A DNA stretch of 64,000 nucleotides. Origin: an uncultured Trueperaceae bacterium (GTDB lineage: Bacteria; Deinococcota; Deinococci; Deinococcales; Trueperaceae). Of the stretch, positions 28,660-40,219 are shown in pieces. The position numbers were made by a program, and so were the translations under genes. Positions within the stretch are counted from its first letter, which is position 1; each line of letters starts with the position of its first letter. The stretch covers positions 224,001 through 288,000 of the forward strand of contig CAWFFU010000010.1 in the NCBI GenBank assembly GCA_963815215.1, read 5' to 3'. The notes beneath the pieces were generated by a model. That model had not been told where the DNA came from. It was given only the letters and a program-made list of their open reading frames with translations, and did no database searches.

Positions 28660-29586
28660 GTGACGATGCGCGTCCTACGAGTAGGGATCGTGATCGTGGT
28701 GGTGCTGGCCGCCGTCTACGGCGTGCTGGCGCTGGTCGTGAAGCCGCGCCCGCGTGCGGCCTATCTGGACGCCCTGCCCAAGGGCGTGACGGTGCTGGCG
28801 CACCAGGGGGGTGACGGGCTGTGGCCGGGGGACACCCTGTACGCCTTCCGACACGCCGCGGCGCTCGGGGCGGACGTGCTCGAGCTCGACATCCACGAGA
28901 GCGCCGACCACCGTATCGTCGTCATCCACGACGACACCGTCGATCGCACCACCGAGGGGCACGGCGACGTCAAGCTCATGACCCTGGCCGAGCTGCAGGC
29001 GCTCGATGCCGGGTACCGCTGGTCGCCGGACCGCCAGGGGAAGACCTTCCCCTACCGCGGCCAGGGCATCCGCATCCCGACCCTGCAGGCGGTTTTCGAC
29101 GCCTTCCCCGGCAAGCCCGTCAACATCGAGATCAAGCCCGACGACGTGCAGGTGGCGGCCGACCTGTGCCGGCTGATCCGCGCGAACGATCGCCAGAAGA
29201 CCGTCATGGTGGTGTCGTTCCACGCCACTGCCATCCGGGCCTTCCGGAAGGATTGCCCGACGGTGGCCACCGCCGGAGACCCCACCGAGATCGAGGTCTT
29301 CTACGCGCTGGCGCGCGCCCGCCTGGCGCACGCCTTCACGCCGCCGACCGACGCGCTGCAGGTTCCGGAGAGCCAGGGCGGGTTGACCGTGGTGACGCCG
29401 CACTTCGTGAGCGCCGCGCACGACCGCGGGGTGCTCGTTCACGTGTGGACCATCGACGATCGCGTCGACATGCAGCGCCTCATCGCCATGGGCGTAGACG
29501 GCCTCATCACCGACCGGCCCGACCGGCTGCTCGCCGTGCTGGGGCGCGCCCACCAGGTGGCGCTGGCTCCGGGAGTGTCCCCCTAA
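28660..29586 (+). CDS. glycerophosphodiester phosphodiesterase, N-terminal membrane anchor
   Basis: AHQGG, ELDIH, VIHDDTVDRTT, NIEIK, VWTID, GLITDRP. Confidence 0.92.
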   Translation: MTMRVLRVGIVIVVVLAAVYGVLALVVKPRPRAAYLDALPKGVTVLAHQGGDGLWPGDTLYAFRHAAALGADVLELDIHESADHRIVVIHDDTVDRTTEGHGDVKLMTLAELQALDAGYRWSPDRQGKTFPYRGQGIRIPTLQAVFDAFPGKPVNIEIKPDDVQVAADLCRLIRANDRQKTVMVVSFHATAIRAFRKDCPTVATAGDPTEIEVFYALARARLAHAFTPPTDALQVPESQGGLTVVTPHFVSAAHDRGVLVHVWTIDDRVDMQRLIAMGVDGLITDRPDRLLAVLGRAHQVALAPGVSP

Positions 29587-29708
29587 GGTTTCCCATCGCG
29601 CTCTTATCCAACCCATCGCTTCCGGACCTACGGTTACGGCGAATCCGTCAAGCCGGCGGCCGGGCGCACCCGCCCCGCGGGAGCTCGCCGGGCCCCGGAA
29701 AGGGGACG

Positions 29709-30122
29709 ATGATGGCGTTGGAATCGGGCACGACGGCGAAGAACGGTGCGGCGCGTTCGGACGGTTTCATCGGCGAGGCCCGCCTGGTCGGTCATCCGGG
29801 CGTTGGCGTGCTGCAGGTGTGGCGAGATCGGCACGGCCAGGCGTTGGAGTACGCCGGCACCTGGCGCCACGACCTCCAGGACCCGGCCGGCGCCGAGGAG
29901 CGCGGGGAGCTCGAGCGCGCCATGCGAGAGGGTAGGGCGATCCCCTTCGAGGGGACGCTGTACGACGCCGGCCAGCCGGGCCAGGAGATCATCCGGACCC
30001 GTGTGCGCATCAGCTCGATGGGTGAGTACGACTACCGGATCGACCCGGACGACCCACAGTCTGTGACGGTCCAAGTGATGCTGGTGAACTTCCGGCCGGT
30101 CGACGGAGTCGAAGCGGCCTGA
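29709..30122 (+). CDS. hypothetical protein
   Basis: AAGGGG before ATG 29709; plausible codon usage; no family recognised. Confidence 0.6.
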   Translation: MMALESGTTAKNGAARSDGFIGEARLVGHPGVGVLQVWRDRHGQALEYAGTWRHDLQDPAGAEERGELERAMREGRAIPFEGTLYDAGQPGQEIIRTRVRISSMGEYDYRIDPDDPQSVTVQVMLVNFRPVDGVEAA

Positions 30123-30195
30123 GCCGGCGCGTCGTTGTCGCGCCGCCGCCGGGCGCCAGGCGGTCGCCCGCGGGGGCGGGATAGACTGCCTCACG

Positions 30196-31425
30196 GTGCT
30201 CGATGGTCTCTTCGTGCTCGATCTCAGCCGCGTTCTGGCGGGTCCCTACTGCACCCAGCTCCTCGCTGATCTGGGCGCGCGTGTGGTCAAGGTGGAGTCG
30301 CCCAGCGGGGACGACACCCGCGGCTGGGGACCGCCCTTCGTGGGGGAGGAGAGCGCCTATTTCCTATCGGTCAACCGCGGCAAGGAGAGCGTTGCGGTCG
30401 ACCTGAAGGACTCCCGCGGTCGCGACGCGGTGCGGCGCCTGGCGTCACGCGCCGACGTGCTGGTGGAGAACTTCAAGGTGGGCGATCTCGCCCGCTACGG
30501 CCTCGACTACCGCTCGCTCGTCGGCGACAACCCCGGCCTGGTCTACGCCTCGATCACCGGCTTCGGCCAGGACGGCCCGCGGGCGCCCGAGCCGGGGTAC
30601 GACGCCGCCCTGCAGGCGCTGAGCGGCCTGATGGAGCTGACGGGTGAAGCCGCCCGCCCGCCGGTCAAGCTCGGCGTGGCCTGGATCGATGTGCTCACCG
30701 GCTCGCACGCCGCCACCGCGGTGCTGGCGGCGCTGGTCGCACGGGGCCGGAGCGGGCGCGGCGCTCATCTCGACATCGCGCTGTTCGACGTGGCGCTGGC
30801 GAGCCTGGTCAACCAGGCCCAGAGCGCGCTGGTCACCGGCGACGCTCCCAGGCGCCTGGGAAGCGCCCACCCCAGCATCGTCCCCTACCAGGCGTTCGAG
30901 GCCGCCGACGGCGCGCTCATGATCGCGGTCGGCAACGACGCGCAGTTCAGGCGGCTGTGTGAGGTGCTCGGGCTTCCCGAGCTGGGGAGCGACGCACGGT
31001 ACGCCACCAACGCCGGCCGCGTGCAGGCACGCGATGGGCTGGTGCCCGTTCTGTCCGCACGGCTGAAGGAACGCCGCCGCGACGACTGGCTGGAGGGGAT
31101 GCGCCGGGCCGGCGTGCCCGCCACCCGGGTGGCGACGCTGCCGGAGGCGCTGGCCGACCCGCAGACGGTCGCCCGCGGCCTGGTGGTGCATGGAGAGCAC
31201 CCCGGCATCGGGCCGCTGCGCATGGTGGGGAGCCCGCTGTGGCACGCCCGCGGGCCGGACGGCGAGCCGGTCGGCCGGACGCCGGAGGCTGGCGCCAGCC
31301 CGGTCCCGCCGCGTCTGGGTGAGCACAGCCGCGCCGTGTTGGAGGGCGACCTGGGCATGAGCGCCGGAGAGATCGACGCGCTGGTGAGCGCCGGCGTGGT
31401 CCGCGCCGGGCCTTCGGACGGCTGA
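30196..31425 (+). CDS. CaiB/BaiF family III CoA transferase
   Basis: VLDLSRVLAGP, NRGKES, VENFK, ITGFGQDGP, GYDAALQ. Confidence 0.94.
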   Translation: MLDGLFVLDLSRVLAGPYCTQLLADLGARVVKVESPSGDDTRGWGPPFVGEESAYFLSVNRGKESVAVDLKDSRGRDAVRRLASRADVLVENFKVGDLARYGLDYRSLVGDNPGLVYASITGFGQDGPRAPEPGYDAALQALSGLMELTGEAARPPVKLGVAWIDVLTGSHAATAVLAALVARGRSGRGAHLDIALFDVALASLVNQAQSALVTGDAPRRLGSAHPSIVPYQAFEAADGALMIAVGNDAQFRRLCEVLGLPELGSDARYATNAGRVQARDGLVPVLSARLKERRRDDWLEGMRRAGVPATRVATLPEALADPQTVARGLVVHGEHPGIGPLRMVGSPLWHARGPDGEPVGRTPEAGASPVPPRLGEHSRAVLEGDLGMSAGEIDALVSAGVVRAGPSDG

Positions 31426-31465
31426 CCCGGACGTCGCGGTCGCTGTTGGGCCCGACGGTAGCGGC

Positions 31466-32601
<1,136 letters not shown>

Positions 32602-32605
<4 letters not shown>

Positions 32606-33645
32606 GCCGGCTCCCGGTCGTGCCCTTCGGGCAGCGCGCGCAGGCGCTCGGCTGCCTGCTCGGCGGTGAGGTCGCGCTGCGGCTCGCCGAGCAACTCGAA
32701 GCCGACCATGAACTTGCGCACCTCGGCCGAGCGCAGCAGCGGTGGGTAGAGGTGGGCGTGGAGTTGCCAGTGCCCCAGCTCGTCCTCGCCGTAGGGGGCG
32801 CCGTGCCAGCCGAAGGAGTAGGGGAACGATGTCTCGAACAGGTTGTCGAGCTTGACCAGCATCGGTTTGAGCAGCGCCGCCAGCGCGTCGCGTTCCTCGC
32901 TCGTCAGGTCGGGCAGGCGCGGCACGCGCCGCCGGCGCGGCAGCACCAGCAGCTCGAAGGGCCACACCGCCCAGAACGGAACGACGGCGAGCCAGTGCTC
33001 GTTCTCGACCACCACGCGCTCGCGTCGTTCGTGCTCGACCGCGGCGTAGTCGAGCAGCAGCGGCGCGCCATGCTCGGCGAGGTAGGCGCGCTGGCGGGCG
33101 TCCTCGCGGGTGGGCTCGGAGGGGACGGCGTCGAGCGCCCACACCTGACCGTGGGGGTGGGGGTTGCTGGCCCCCATCTGCGACCCCTTGTTCTCGAACA
33201 CCTGGACCCAGCGCCAGTCGCGGCCCAGCGCCTCGGTCCGTTCGGCCCACAGCTCCACCACGCGGCGGATGCCGGGCACGTCGAACTCCGCCAGGGTGAG
33301 GTCGTGGCGGGGCGAGAAGCAGATGACCTCGCAGGTGCCCCGCACGCCGCGCAAGCGCGTCAGCGGCTCTTCGGGCTCCGGCGCGCGTGGCGCTTCGGGG
33401 AGCAGCGCCGCATAGTCGTTGGTGAAGACGAAGGTCTCCTCGTAGTCGGGGTTCCTGGCGCCGCCGGCGCGCTCGTTGCCCGGACACAGGTAGCAGGCCG
33501 GGTCGTGCCGCGGCTTGCGTACCTCGGGCGGCCGCTCGGTGTGGCCCTGCCACGGCCGCTGCAGGCGGTGCGGCGAGACCAGCACCCAGTCGCCGGTGAG
33601 GGGGTTGAAGCGGCGGTGGGGATGCTCGGTGGGGTCGAAGGGCAC
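32602..33645 (-). CDS. galT: galactose-1-phosphate uridylyltransferase
   Basis: [38 protein letters not shown] before GTG 33645. Confidence 0.96.
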
Positions 33646-33740
33646 GGGCCCCCTCCTTTCGGAAGGACACGGGATGGGCGGCGCGGGCGTACGCCGAGCA
33701 CCAGCCACTCGAGCTTAGCAGCCGGTGGCGGGGGTGGCGA

Positions 33741-33830
33741 TGTCGGGCGGGATGCGGCTGGGCGGGATCGTGCCGGTCGGGATCGTGTCGGGCGGAACCC
33801 TGCCGGGCGGGATCCTGTCGGGCCGCCGCG
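33741..33830. repeat. degenerate intergenic tandem repeat, about 6 x 15 bp (TGYCGGGCGGGATCN)
   Basis: tgtcgggcgggatgc/ggctgggcgggatcg/tgccggtcgggatcg/tgtcgggcggaaccc/tgccgggcgggatcc/tgtcgggccg. Confidence 0.75.
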
Positions 33831-33832
33831 CC

Positions 33833-35800
33833 TCACGCCGGTGGGTCGAGGAACGCCACCCCATGCCCGGGCACCGGGACGCCGTCGACGGTGGCGTCGT
33901 CGGCGCCGAAGTTGAGCAGCGCGCCGCGGCCGACGCGGCTGCGGCGTACGGACTCGGGCAGGTCCGTGGTGCCGACGCCGGCCTCGGCCAGCAGCGGCTC
34001 GAGCACGGCGCTCAGCAGGCCGGCATCGCCCCAGGCGCCGAGGGTGAGGCACGCTCCCTTCCCGACGGCGCGGCGGGTCAGCGCTGCGGCGCCGCCGTAG
34101 GCGGGCTCGCGGTAACGCGCGAGTACCTGCGCGGCCCCGGGTTCGGAGGCGTCCTCCACCTCGAGCAGATCGGCCCAGGTCGTGAAGCCGAGGACCGCAC
34201 CGTCGAGCTCGACCTCGCCCGTCACGCCCGGCCGAAGCGCGTCGACGCGGTCGATGCGCACCCCGCTGAGGCTCCGCAACGGGCCGGGGGCCGGCGCCTG
34301 GGCGACGTTGCTGCGCGTCTTGGCGCCGCTGCGGGGGCCCAGCAGGAGGCGGCCGCCCGCCTCGACGTAGCGCTGCAGGTGCTGCGCGCGCGCTTCGTCC
34401 ATCAGGTGGAGCGAGGGCGCGACCACCAACGAGAACGCTTCCAGGTCGCGGTCCGGGTGGGTGATCGCCACGTCGACGCCGAGGGCGCGAAGTACGCCGT
34501 AGAAGGCGAGCTGCAGGCCCCAGTAGCTCCAGCCTTCGGCGTGGGGCTGCAGCTCGGTGGCCCACAGGTCCTGGTAGTCCAGCAGCAGCGCCACCCGGGG
34601 GCGCGTGCCGGAGATCGGCGCCAGCTCCGTGGCCACGCGGCGGACCTCGGCGCTGGCGGGCGCCGGTCGGCCGTCGTGCAGCTCGAGGCCGGCGTGCATC
34701 AACTCCTGTGCGCCGAGGGCGGCGCGCCACCGGAAGTACGACACCACCTCGGCGCCGTGCGCGAAGGCCTGGTGCGCCCACAGCCGCACGGCCCCGTCGG
34801 CCGGCAGCGGGTTCGTCTTCGCCCAGTTCACCGCGCCCGGTTGCATCTCCATCACCCAGAAGGGCCGGTCCTTGAGGCCGCGCAGGAGGTCGTGGTTGAA
34901 GCCGATCAGGTCGGGGTGGCCGACCCGCAGGTAACGCTCCTTCACGGCGGCCGGCAGCGGGCTCTCCTCGAGCATGCCCAGAGGGTAGGCGTCCCAGGCC
35001 AGAAGGTCGAGGTCGGCGGCCAGCGCGAAGGCGTCGTAGTCGCCGAAGAAGCCCATGGTGTTGTGGAGGATCCTACGATCCGAGTGCGCGCGCAGGATGT
35101 CGACCTGCAGGCGGTTGTAACGCACCACCTGATCGGAGGCGAAGCGGTAGAAGTCGAGGCTGTGGCTGGGGTTCGCTTCGGTGACCGCCTGCCCCGGCAG
35201 CTCCACCTCGTCGAAGGTGCGGACTTCCTGGCTCCAGAAGACGGTCCACCACGCCTCGTTGAGGGCGTCCACACTGCCGTAGCGCTCGCGCAACCAGTCC
35301 TGGAAGGCGCTGCGGCAGCGCGGGCAGTAGCAGCGCACGGTGTCGTGGCAGCCGTACTCGTTGTCGGTCTGCCACGCTCCGACGCCGGGGTGCGCGCCGT
35401 AGCGCTCGGCCAGCAGCGTCACGATGCGGCGCGTCTCGGCCTGGTACGCGGGGCTGCTGAAGCACACGTGGCGGCGCGAGCCGAAGCCGCGCACGCGGCC
35501 GTCGCGGCCCACCGGCAGGATCTCCGGATGTCGATCGACCAGCCATTTGGGCGGCGTGGCGGTGGGGGTGCCTAGCACCACCTGCAGGCCCGCGTCGGCG
35601 AGGGTGTCGATGGCGCGGTCGAGCCAGCCGAAGGCCAGCCGGCCGGGCTCGGGCTCGAGCCGGCTCCAGGCGAACTCGCCGACGCGCACCCAGCGCAGGC
35701 CCAGCTCGGCCATGCGCCGGGCCTGGCGCTCCCAGCCCTCCTCGGGCCAGTGCTCCGGGTAGTAACAGACGCCGAGGGCGGATGACGGCAACTCAGGCAT
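33833..35800 (-). CDS. beta-galactosidase, GH42
   Basis: [51 protein letters not shown]. Confidence 0.95.
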   Translation of the reverse strand: MPELPSSALGVCYYPEHWPEEGWERQARRMAELGLRWVRVGEFAWSRLEPEPGRLAFGWLDRAIDTLADAGLQVVLGTPTATPPKWLVDRHPEILPVGRDGRVRGFGSRRHVCFSSPAYQAETRRIVTLLAERYGAHPGVGAWQTDNEYGCHDTVRCYCPRCRSAFQDWLRERYGSVDALNEAWWTVFWSQEVRTFDEVELPGQAVTEANPSHSLDFYRFASDQVVRYNRLQVDILRAHSDRRILHNTMGFFGDYDAFALAADLDLLAWDAYPLGMLEESPLPAAVKERYLRVGHPDLIGFNHDLLRGLKDRPFWVMEMQPGAVNWAKTNPLPADGAVRLWAHQAFAHGAEVVSYFRWRAALGAQELMHAGLELHDGRPAPASAEVRRVATELAPISGTRPRVALLLDYQDLWATELQPHAEGWSYWGLQLAFYGVLRALGVDVAITHPDRDLEAFSLVVAPSLHLMDEARAQHLQRYVEAGGRLLLGPRSGAKTRSNVAQAPAPGPLRSLSGVRIDRVDALRPGVTGEVELDGAVLGFTTWADLLEVEDASEPGAAQVLARYREPAYGGAAALTRRAVGKGACLTLGAWGDAGLLSAVLEPLLAEAGVGTTDLPESVRRSRVGRGALLNFGADDATVDGVPVPGHGVAFLDPPA

Positions 35801-35830
35801 GGGGTCCTCGATTCAGCGGGCGGGGGCCGG

Positions 35831-36661
35831 TCAGTCCTTGACCGCGCCCGCGGTGATGCCCGCCACGAAGTAGCGTTGCAGGAACATGAACAGCACCAGG
35901 AAGGGCACCGTGGCGATGGCGGTGCCGACCATGATGCCGCCCCACGACACGCGGGTGAGGCCTACCAGGGTGCCCAGTGCCACCGGGATGGTGTAGGCCT
36001 GCTTCTGCGTCAGGATGAGCAGTGGCCAGAAGAAGTCGTTCCACTGGAACAGGAACACCACGATCGCCACCGCGGCCAGCGCCGGCCGCATGATCGGCAG
36101 CACCACCTGCAGGAAGATGCGGGCCTCCCCGGCACCGTCGATGCGGGCGGCCTCCAGCAGCTCGCTGGGCACCGACAGCATGTTCTGGCGCATGAAGAAG
36201 ATGCCGAGTGGGTAGGCGAGCCACGGCAGGATGACGGCGATCCAGGTGTTGGACAGGCGCAGGTCGCGCGCGATGAGCAGGTACTGCGGGATGGCGCGCA
36301 CCTCGAACGGGATGGTGAGCGCGGCGACCACCACCATGAACAGGGCGGCGCGGCCGCGGAAGGAGAACTTGGCGAAGGCATACCCGCCCATGGCCGAGAT
36401 CATGGTGGCGAACAGCGTGAAGATGGAGGCGATGGCGACCGAGTTGAAGACGTTGCGCAGGAACGGCAGGTCGCTGTTGAGGTCCTTCCAGTTGGCCGCC
36501 AGGCTGCTACCCGGCGCCAGGCTGGGCGGCACCGACAGGATCTGGTGGTTGGCCTTGGTGGCGGCCACGATCATCCACACGATGGGCATCAGGAAGGCCA
36601 GCGCCAGCACCAGCATGCCGCCGTTGAGTGCGATCGCCTGGACGAGCCGCTGGCGCCTCAC
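35831..36661 (-). CDS. carbohydrate ABC transporter permease (MalG-type)
   Basis: ELLEAARIDGA, FQWNDFFWP; GTG 36661 overlaps upstream stop. Confidence 0.93.
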   Translation of the reverse strand: MRRQRLVQAIALNGGMLVLALAFLMPIVWMIVAATKANHQILSVPPSLAPGSSLAANWKDLNSDLPFLRNVFNSVAIASIFTLFATMISAMGGYAFAKFSFRGRAALFMVVVAALTIPFEVRAIPQYLLIARDLRLSNTWIAVILPWLAYPLGIFFMRQNMLSVPSELLEAARIDGAGEARIFLQVVLPIMRPALAAVAIVVFLFQWNDFFWPLLILTQKQAYTIPVALGTLVGLTRVSWGGIMVGTAIATVPFLVLFMFLQRYFVAGITAGAVKD

Positions 36662-37575
36662 GGCTCCCGCCCCCCGACCACGCGGATCTGGATGAACGAG
36701 AACACCGCCGCGATCAGCGCCACGGTGTAGGCGATGGCAGAGGCGTAACCGAAGTTGAACGAGCGGAAGCCCTGCTTGTACAGGTAGGTGATGAGCGTCT
36801 CGGTGGCGCCGCCCGGCCCGGTGCTGGTGATCAGCCAGGGCTCGGTGAAGAGCTGCAGCGTGCCGATAGTGGAGAGTACGAAGCAGAACAGCAGCACCGG
36901 TCTGAGCAGCGGCAGCGTGATCCGCAGGAACTGCTGCCAGCCGCTGGCCCCGTCGATCCGGGCCGCCTCGTAGAGCGACAGCGGGATCGACTGCAGGCCC
37001 GAAAGCAGGATGATGGCGTTGTAACCGGTCCAGCGCCAGGTGATGGCGATCATCACCGTGATGAGTGCCGGTGCCCCTTGCGACAGCCAGTTCACCGCCG
37101 ACAGCCCGAGAACGTGCAGGCCGTAGTTGAGCACGCCGAACTCGGTGTTGAAGATCAGGCGGAAGACGGCGGAGTACGGTACCGCCCCGAGCACGAGCGG
37201 CGCGAAGAAGGCGAAGCGGAAGAAGCCCTTGAGGCGTAGCAGGTCGCTGTTGAAGGCGATCGCCAAAGCCACGGCCAGCACGAGCATCACGGGCACCTGC
37301 ACCACCAGGATGGTCATGGTGTTGCCGAGCGCCTTCCAGAAGAAGGGGTCGTGGATGAGCCGGTCCCAGTTGAACGTCCAGCTGAAGGTCCATGGGCGCC
37401 GGCGGGTGTTGACGAACGAAAGATAGAACGAGTACACGATCGGGTAGATCCAGAAGAGCGCGAACAGCGCGAAGAACGGGCTGAGGAAGAGATAGGGCGT
37501 CAAGGGGCTGCGGTGGCGGCGCGATCGGTGTGGTGCCCCGGAGGGCGCGGCCGCGCGGCCGCTGTCGAGGCTCAC
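36658..37575 (-). CDS. carbohydrate ABC transporter permease (MalF-type)
   Basis: SLYEAARIDGA, ITLPLLRP, FNFGYASA. Confidence 0.93.
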   Translation of the reverse strand: MSLDSGRAAAPSGAPHRSRRHRSPLTPYLFLSPFFALFALFWIYPIVYSFYLSFVNTRRRPWTFSWTFNWDRLIHDPFFWKALGNTMTILVVQVPVMLVLAVALAIAFNSDLLRLKGFFRFAFFAPLVLGAVPYSAVFRLIFNTEFGVLNYGLHVLGLSAVNWLSQGAPALITVMIAITWRWTGYNAIILLSGLQSIPLSLYEAARIDGASGWQQFLRITLPLLRPVLLFCFVLSTIGTLQLFTEPWLITSTGPGGATETLITYLYKQGFRSFNFGYASAIAYTVALIAAVFSFIQIRVVGGREP

Positions 37576-37674
37576 GGGACCCTCCCTTGGCGTGACGGGA
37601 GCGGGTCGCGGTCCGATGGCGGGCGCCTGGACATGGACGCTGCGTTCATGGTGACCGGGCTCGAGGGGGCCGGT

Positions 37675-37709
37675 GGGTCCGGCGCGCGCGATACGCGCGC
37701 GCCGGACCC
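37675..37709. other. 16-bp stem-loop downstream of the solute-binding gene (likely mRNA stabiliser or attenuator)
   Basis: gggtccggcgcgcgcg-ata-cgcgcgcgccggaccc. Confidence 0.55.
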
Positions 37710-37716
37710 CTTCCGG

Positions 37717-38985
37717 CTACTTCGCGACCGGCAGGCCCGTGGCCTGCGAGATCTGCCGGGCCGCGGTGTCGAGTGCGGTCTGGCCGTCGGGGTACTTGCC
37801 GTCGAGGTAGTCGTTGACGACGGCGATCATGACGTTGCGCGCTTCCTGGAAGTACTGCGTCCCCACCACGGGCGGGACGTCGCCCAGGGTGCCGAGGATG
37901 GTCTTCCAGATCGGTTGGTTGTCGAAGTAGGGAACGCCCTGGTCGAGGCGCGGGTCGCCCATGACGGACAGCAGCGAGGGCGTCAGGCCGTACTTGAACA
38001 GGATGTTGATCTGGTTGTCCTTGTTGGCCAGCGCGTTGGTGATGAAGTCGTAGGCGAGCTTGGGGTTCTTCGACGAGCTCGGGATGGCCAGCGCGGAGCC
38101 GCCGAGGTTGGAGGCGCGCACGCCGCCCACCGTCAGCGCCGGGGTGATGTAGACGCCCCACTTGCCGCTCTGGTCGGGCGCCTCGGACTCGATGGTGCCG
38201 GCGTACCAGGAGCCGAAGAAGGCGGACGCTTCCTTGCTCTGCTGGAAGAACTGGATCTGGTTGCCCCAGTCGCCGGGCCACAGGATGCCGGCGTCCCACA
38301 GCTTCTTCATCGTGTCCATGGCGGTGACGCAGCCGGGTTGGTTGACGGTGACGTTGTCGCCGGCATTGTCGAAGTAGAAGCAGCCGGCCTGGTTGGCGAG
38401 CATGCGGAACCACTCGTCGTCCGTGCCCTTGGCGATGGTACCCATCTTGACGTCGCCGTTGAAGTGGGCGACGAGCTTCTTGCCCTCGGTGGCGAAGTCG
38501 TCCCAGGTCTGGATGGAGGCGGGGTCGATGCCCGCCTGCTGGTAGAGGTCACGCCGGTAGAAGATCGCCGTGGGGCCGGAGTCGTAGGGGATGGCGTAGA
38601 TGGTGCCGTCCTGAGTGAGCTCCGCCCACTTGAAGGCGGGGAAATCCGGCTTGAGGTTCTCGGCACCGAGCGTGCGCAGGTCGGTGAAGCAGTCCGGGAA
38701 CTGCGCCCAGAACACCTGGGCCTCGTTGTTCTCGACCAGGTAGATGTCGGGCATGTCGAGGCCACCGGCGGCGCAACCGGCGAGTCCACGGTCGTAGACG
38801 TTCTGGTTGCCGAGGTCCTCCACGTTGACCTTGACGCCGGGGTGCATCTGCTGGAAGCTGGCGACGGTGCTCTCCAGCGCCGCCTTGTTGATGTCCCACA
38901 CCCAGACGTCGAGCGTCTGGGCGCTGACCAGGCCGGTCAGCACGAGCGTGGCGAGAACGAGCATGATGCGTCTCAACCGATCCAC
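37717..38985 (-). CDS. sugar ABC transporter substrate-binding protein
   Basis: Signal peptide; IYAIPYDSGP, FYRRDL, GGSALAI; AAGGAGG. Confidence 0.93.
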   Translation of the reverse strand: MDRLRRIMLVLATLVLTGLVSAQTLDVWVWDINKAALESTVASFQQMHPGVKVNVEDLGNQNVYDRGLAGCAAGGLDMPDIYLVENNEAQVFWAQFPDCFTDLRTLGAENLKPDFPAFKWAELTQDGTIYAIPYDSGPTAIFYRRDLYQQAGIDPASIQTWDDFATEGKKLVAHFNGDVKMGTIAKGTDDEWFRMLANQAGCFYFDNAGDNVTVNQPGCVTAMDTMKKLWDAGILWPGDWGNQIQFFQQSKEASAFFGSWYAGTIESEAPDQSGKWGVYITPALTVGGVRASNLGGSALAIPSSSKNPKLAYDFITNALANKDNQINILFKYGLTPSLLSVMGDPRLDQGVPYFDNQPIWKTILGTLGDVPPVVGTQYFQEARNVMIAVVNDYLDGKYPDGQTALDTAARQISQATGLPVAK

Positions 38986-39184
38986 CTCCTTCGGCGGGCA
39001 TGTGTCCCGACGCCGCGGGCCCTTCCGTATTGGTGCGACGGTCGGGGTGCTGAGGCGCAGGGCGTGCCAGCCGTGACGGCGCCGTCACCCCCTCCGGGTG
39101 GTCGCTGGGAAGGTGGGGTCTGAAACCGAGACCCTCCGCCCAGGACGGTTCCGGTGCCGACTGCGCGGTACGCGCGTTGCCTCG

Positions 39185-39213
39185 ACAGTAGCCACGCCCA
39201 AACCGGCCGTCAA
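39185..39213 (-). promoter_or_regulatory. sigma70-type promoter for the sugar ABC operon
   Basis: TTGACG-17 nt-TACTGT on the minus strand. Confidence 0.6.
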
Positions 39214-39278
39214 AGGCGATTGTCCCGGGGCTGGGCCGGTCTCCGGCGGGGACCGCCAGAGGCCCTGGTGGCGGTGAT

Positions 39279-39902
39279 CTAGCCGGGTCGTTCGAGCAGA
39301 ACGTCGACCAGCGCGCCGCGCAGCAGGCCGCGGTAGACGCCGTCGATGGCGAGTACGTCTGCGGCCACCTCGACCGTCGGGTAGCGCGGGTTGTGAGGGC
39401 GCAGGGCGTAGCGGCCCGGCGCGAGCCGGTCGAGGTACTTGAGGGTCACGTCGCTCCCCTCGACCCGCACGGCGCAGATCTCGCCGCTGCGCTGCGGCTG
39501 CCGGTCGGCGAACAGCACCACATCGCCGTCCTGGATGAGATCGGCCATGGAGTCGCCCTCGACGCGTAGCGCGAAGGAGCCTTGCTGCATGCCGGTGAGC
39601 GGGAGGAAGCCCTCGGCCTCGGCCAGCGCTTCGCTGAGGGCCCCGGCCGGGATGCCGCCGAGGACGGGAACCCCGGTGGCGATCGCCGGCAGCGCCAGGT
39701 AGGGAGAGTGGCCGCGGCCGCGGCTCTCGAACACCAGGAAGCCCTTGCGGTGCAGGGCCTCCAGGTGTTGCTTGAGCGAGACGTAGTGCACGCCCATGGA
39801 GCGTGCGAACGCCGACAGCTCGGGCATGGTGCCGGTGCGGCGGTGGTGCTCGCGCAGGCGCTCGTAGACCTTGCGTTGGGTGGGGGAGAGGTCTTCCTTC
39901 AC
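39279..39902 (-). CDS. lexA: LexA-like repressor (HTH + S24 autopeptidase)
   Basis: LSPTQRKVY...HLEALHRKG, cleavage site IPAG, catalytic GDSM and TLK. Confidence 0.88.
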   Translation of the reverse strand: MKEDLSPTQRKVYERLREHHRRTGTMPELSAFARSMGVHYVSLKQHLEALHRKGFLVFESRGRGHSPYLALPAIATGVPVLGGIPAGALSEALAEAEGFLPLTGMQQGSFALRVEGDSMADLIQDGDVVLFADRQPQRSGEICAVRVEGSDVTLKYLDRLAPGRYALRPHNPRYPTVEVAADVLAIDGVYRGLLRGALVDVLLERPG

Positions 39903-39903
39903 G

Positions 39904-39942
39904 TTACCTTAAATGGTAAGGTGGCGCGGTGGGTGCTGTCAA
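39904..39942 (-). promoter_or_regulatory. lexA promoter with inverted repeat TTACC-N6-GGTAA over the -10
   Basis: TTGACA (39942-39937), 18 nt, TACCAT (39918-39913); palindrome 39904-39919. Confidence 0.65.
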
Positions 39943-40099
39943 CGCCGGGCGCTCGGGCGGCCCATCGTACGGGCCCCGCCCCGTACGGGGTCCGGCGCGC
40001 GGTCGGCGGACGCTCGGCACGCCTCGCGCTGGACGCGCACGGGAGGGAGAGTGCGTGTGCAGGACGGCGGAGAGGCTTCTTCCACCGGCCCCGACGGGG

Positions 40100-40129
40100 T
40101 AGACAAGACGGCCGCCGTGCTGCTATAGT
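40100..40129 (+). promoter_or_regulatory. promoter of Crp/Fnr gene (extended -10)
   Basis: TAGACA-18 nt-TATAGT, with TGn before the -10. Confidence 0.55.
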
Positions 40130-40219
40130 TTTTGTAGTTGGTTCGCTCTTCCCGCGTCCTCAGGCATGGACGCGTTTTCCCACACGAGACAACGAACCGT
40201 TCGAGGAGCTGAAGGGAGC

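Noticed and set aside
39904..39919. lexA palindrome as the Deinococcus RDRM (DdrO site)
   Set aside because: It shares TTA...TAA ends but is 16 bp with CC/GG cores, not the 17-bp TTAYG...CRTAA-like form as I recall it.
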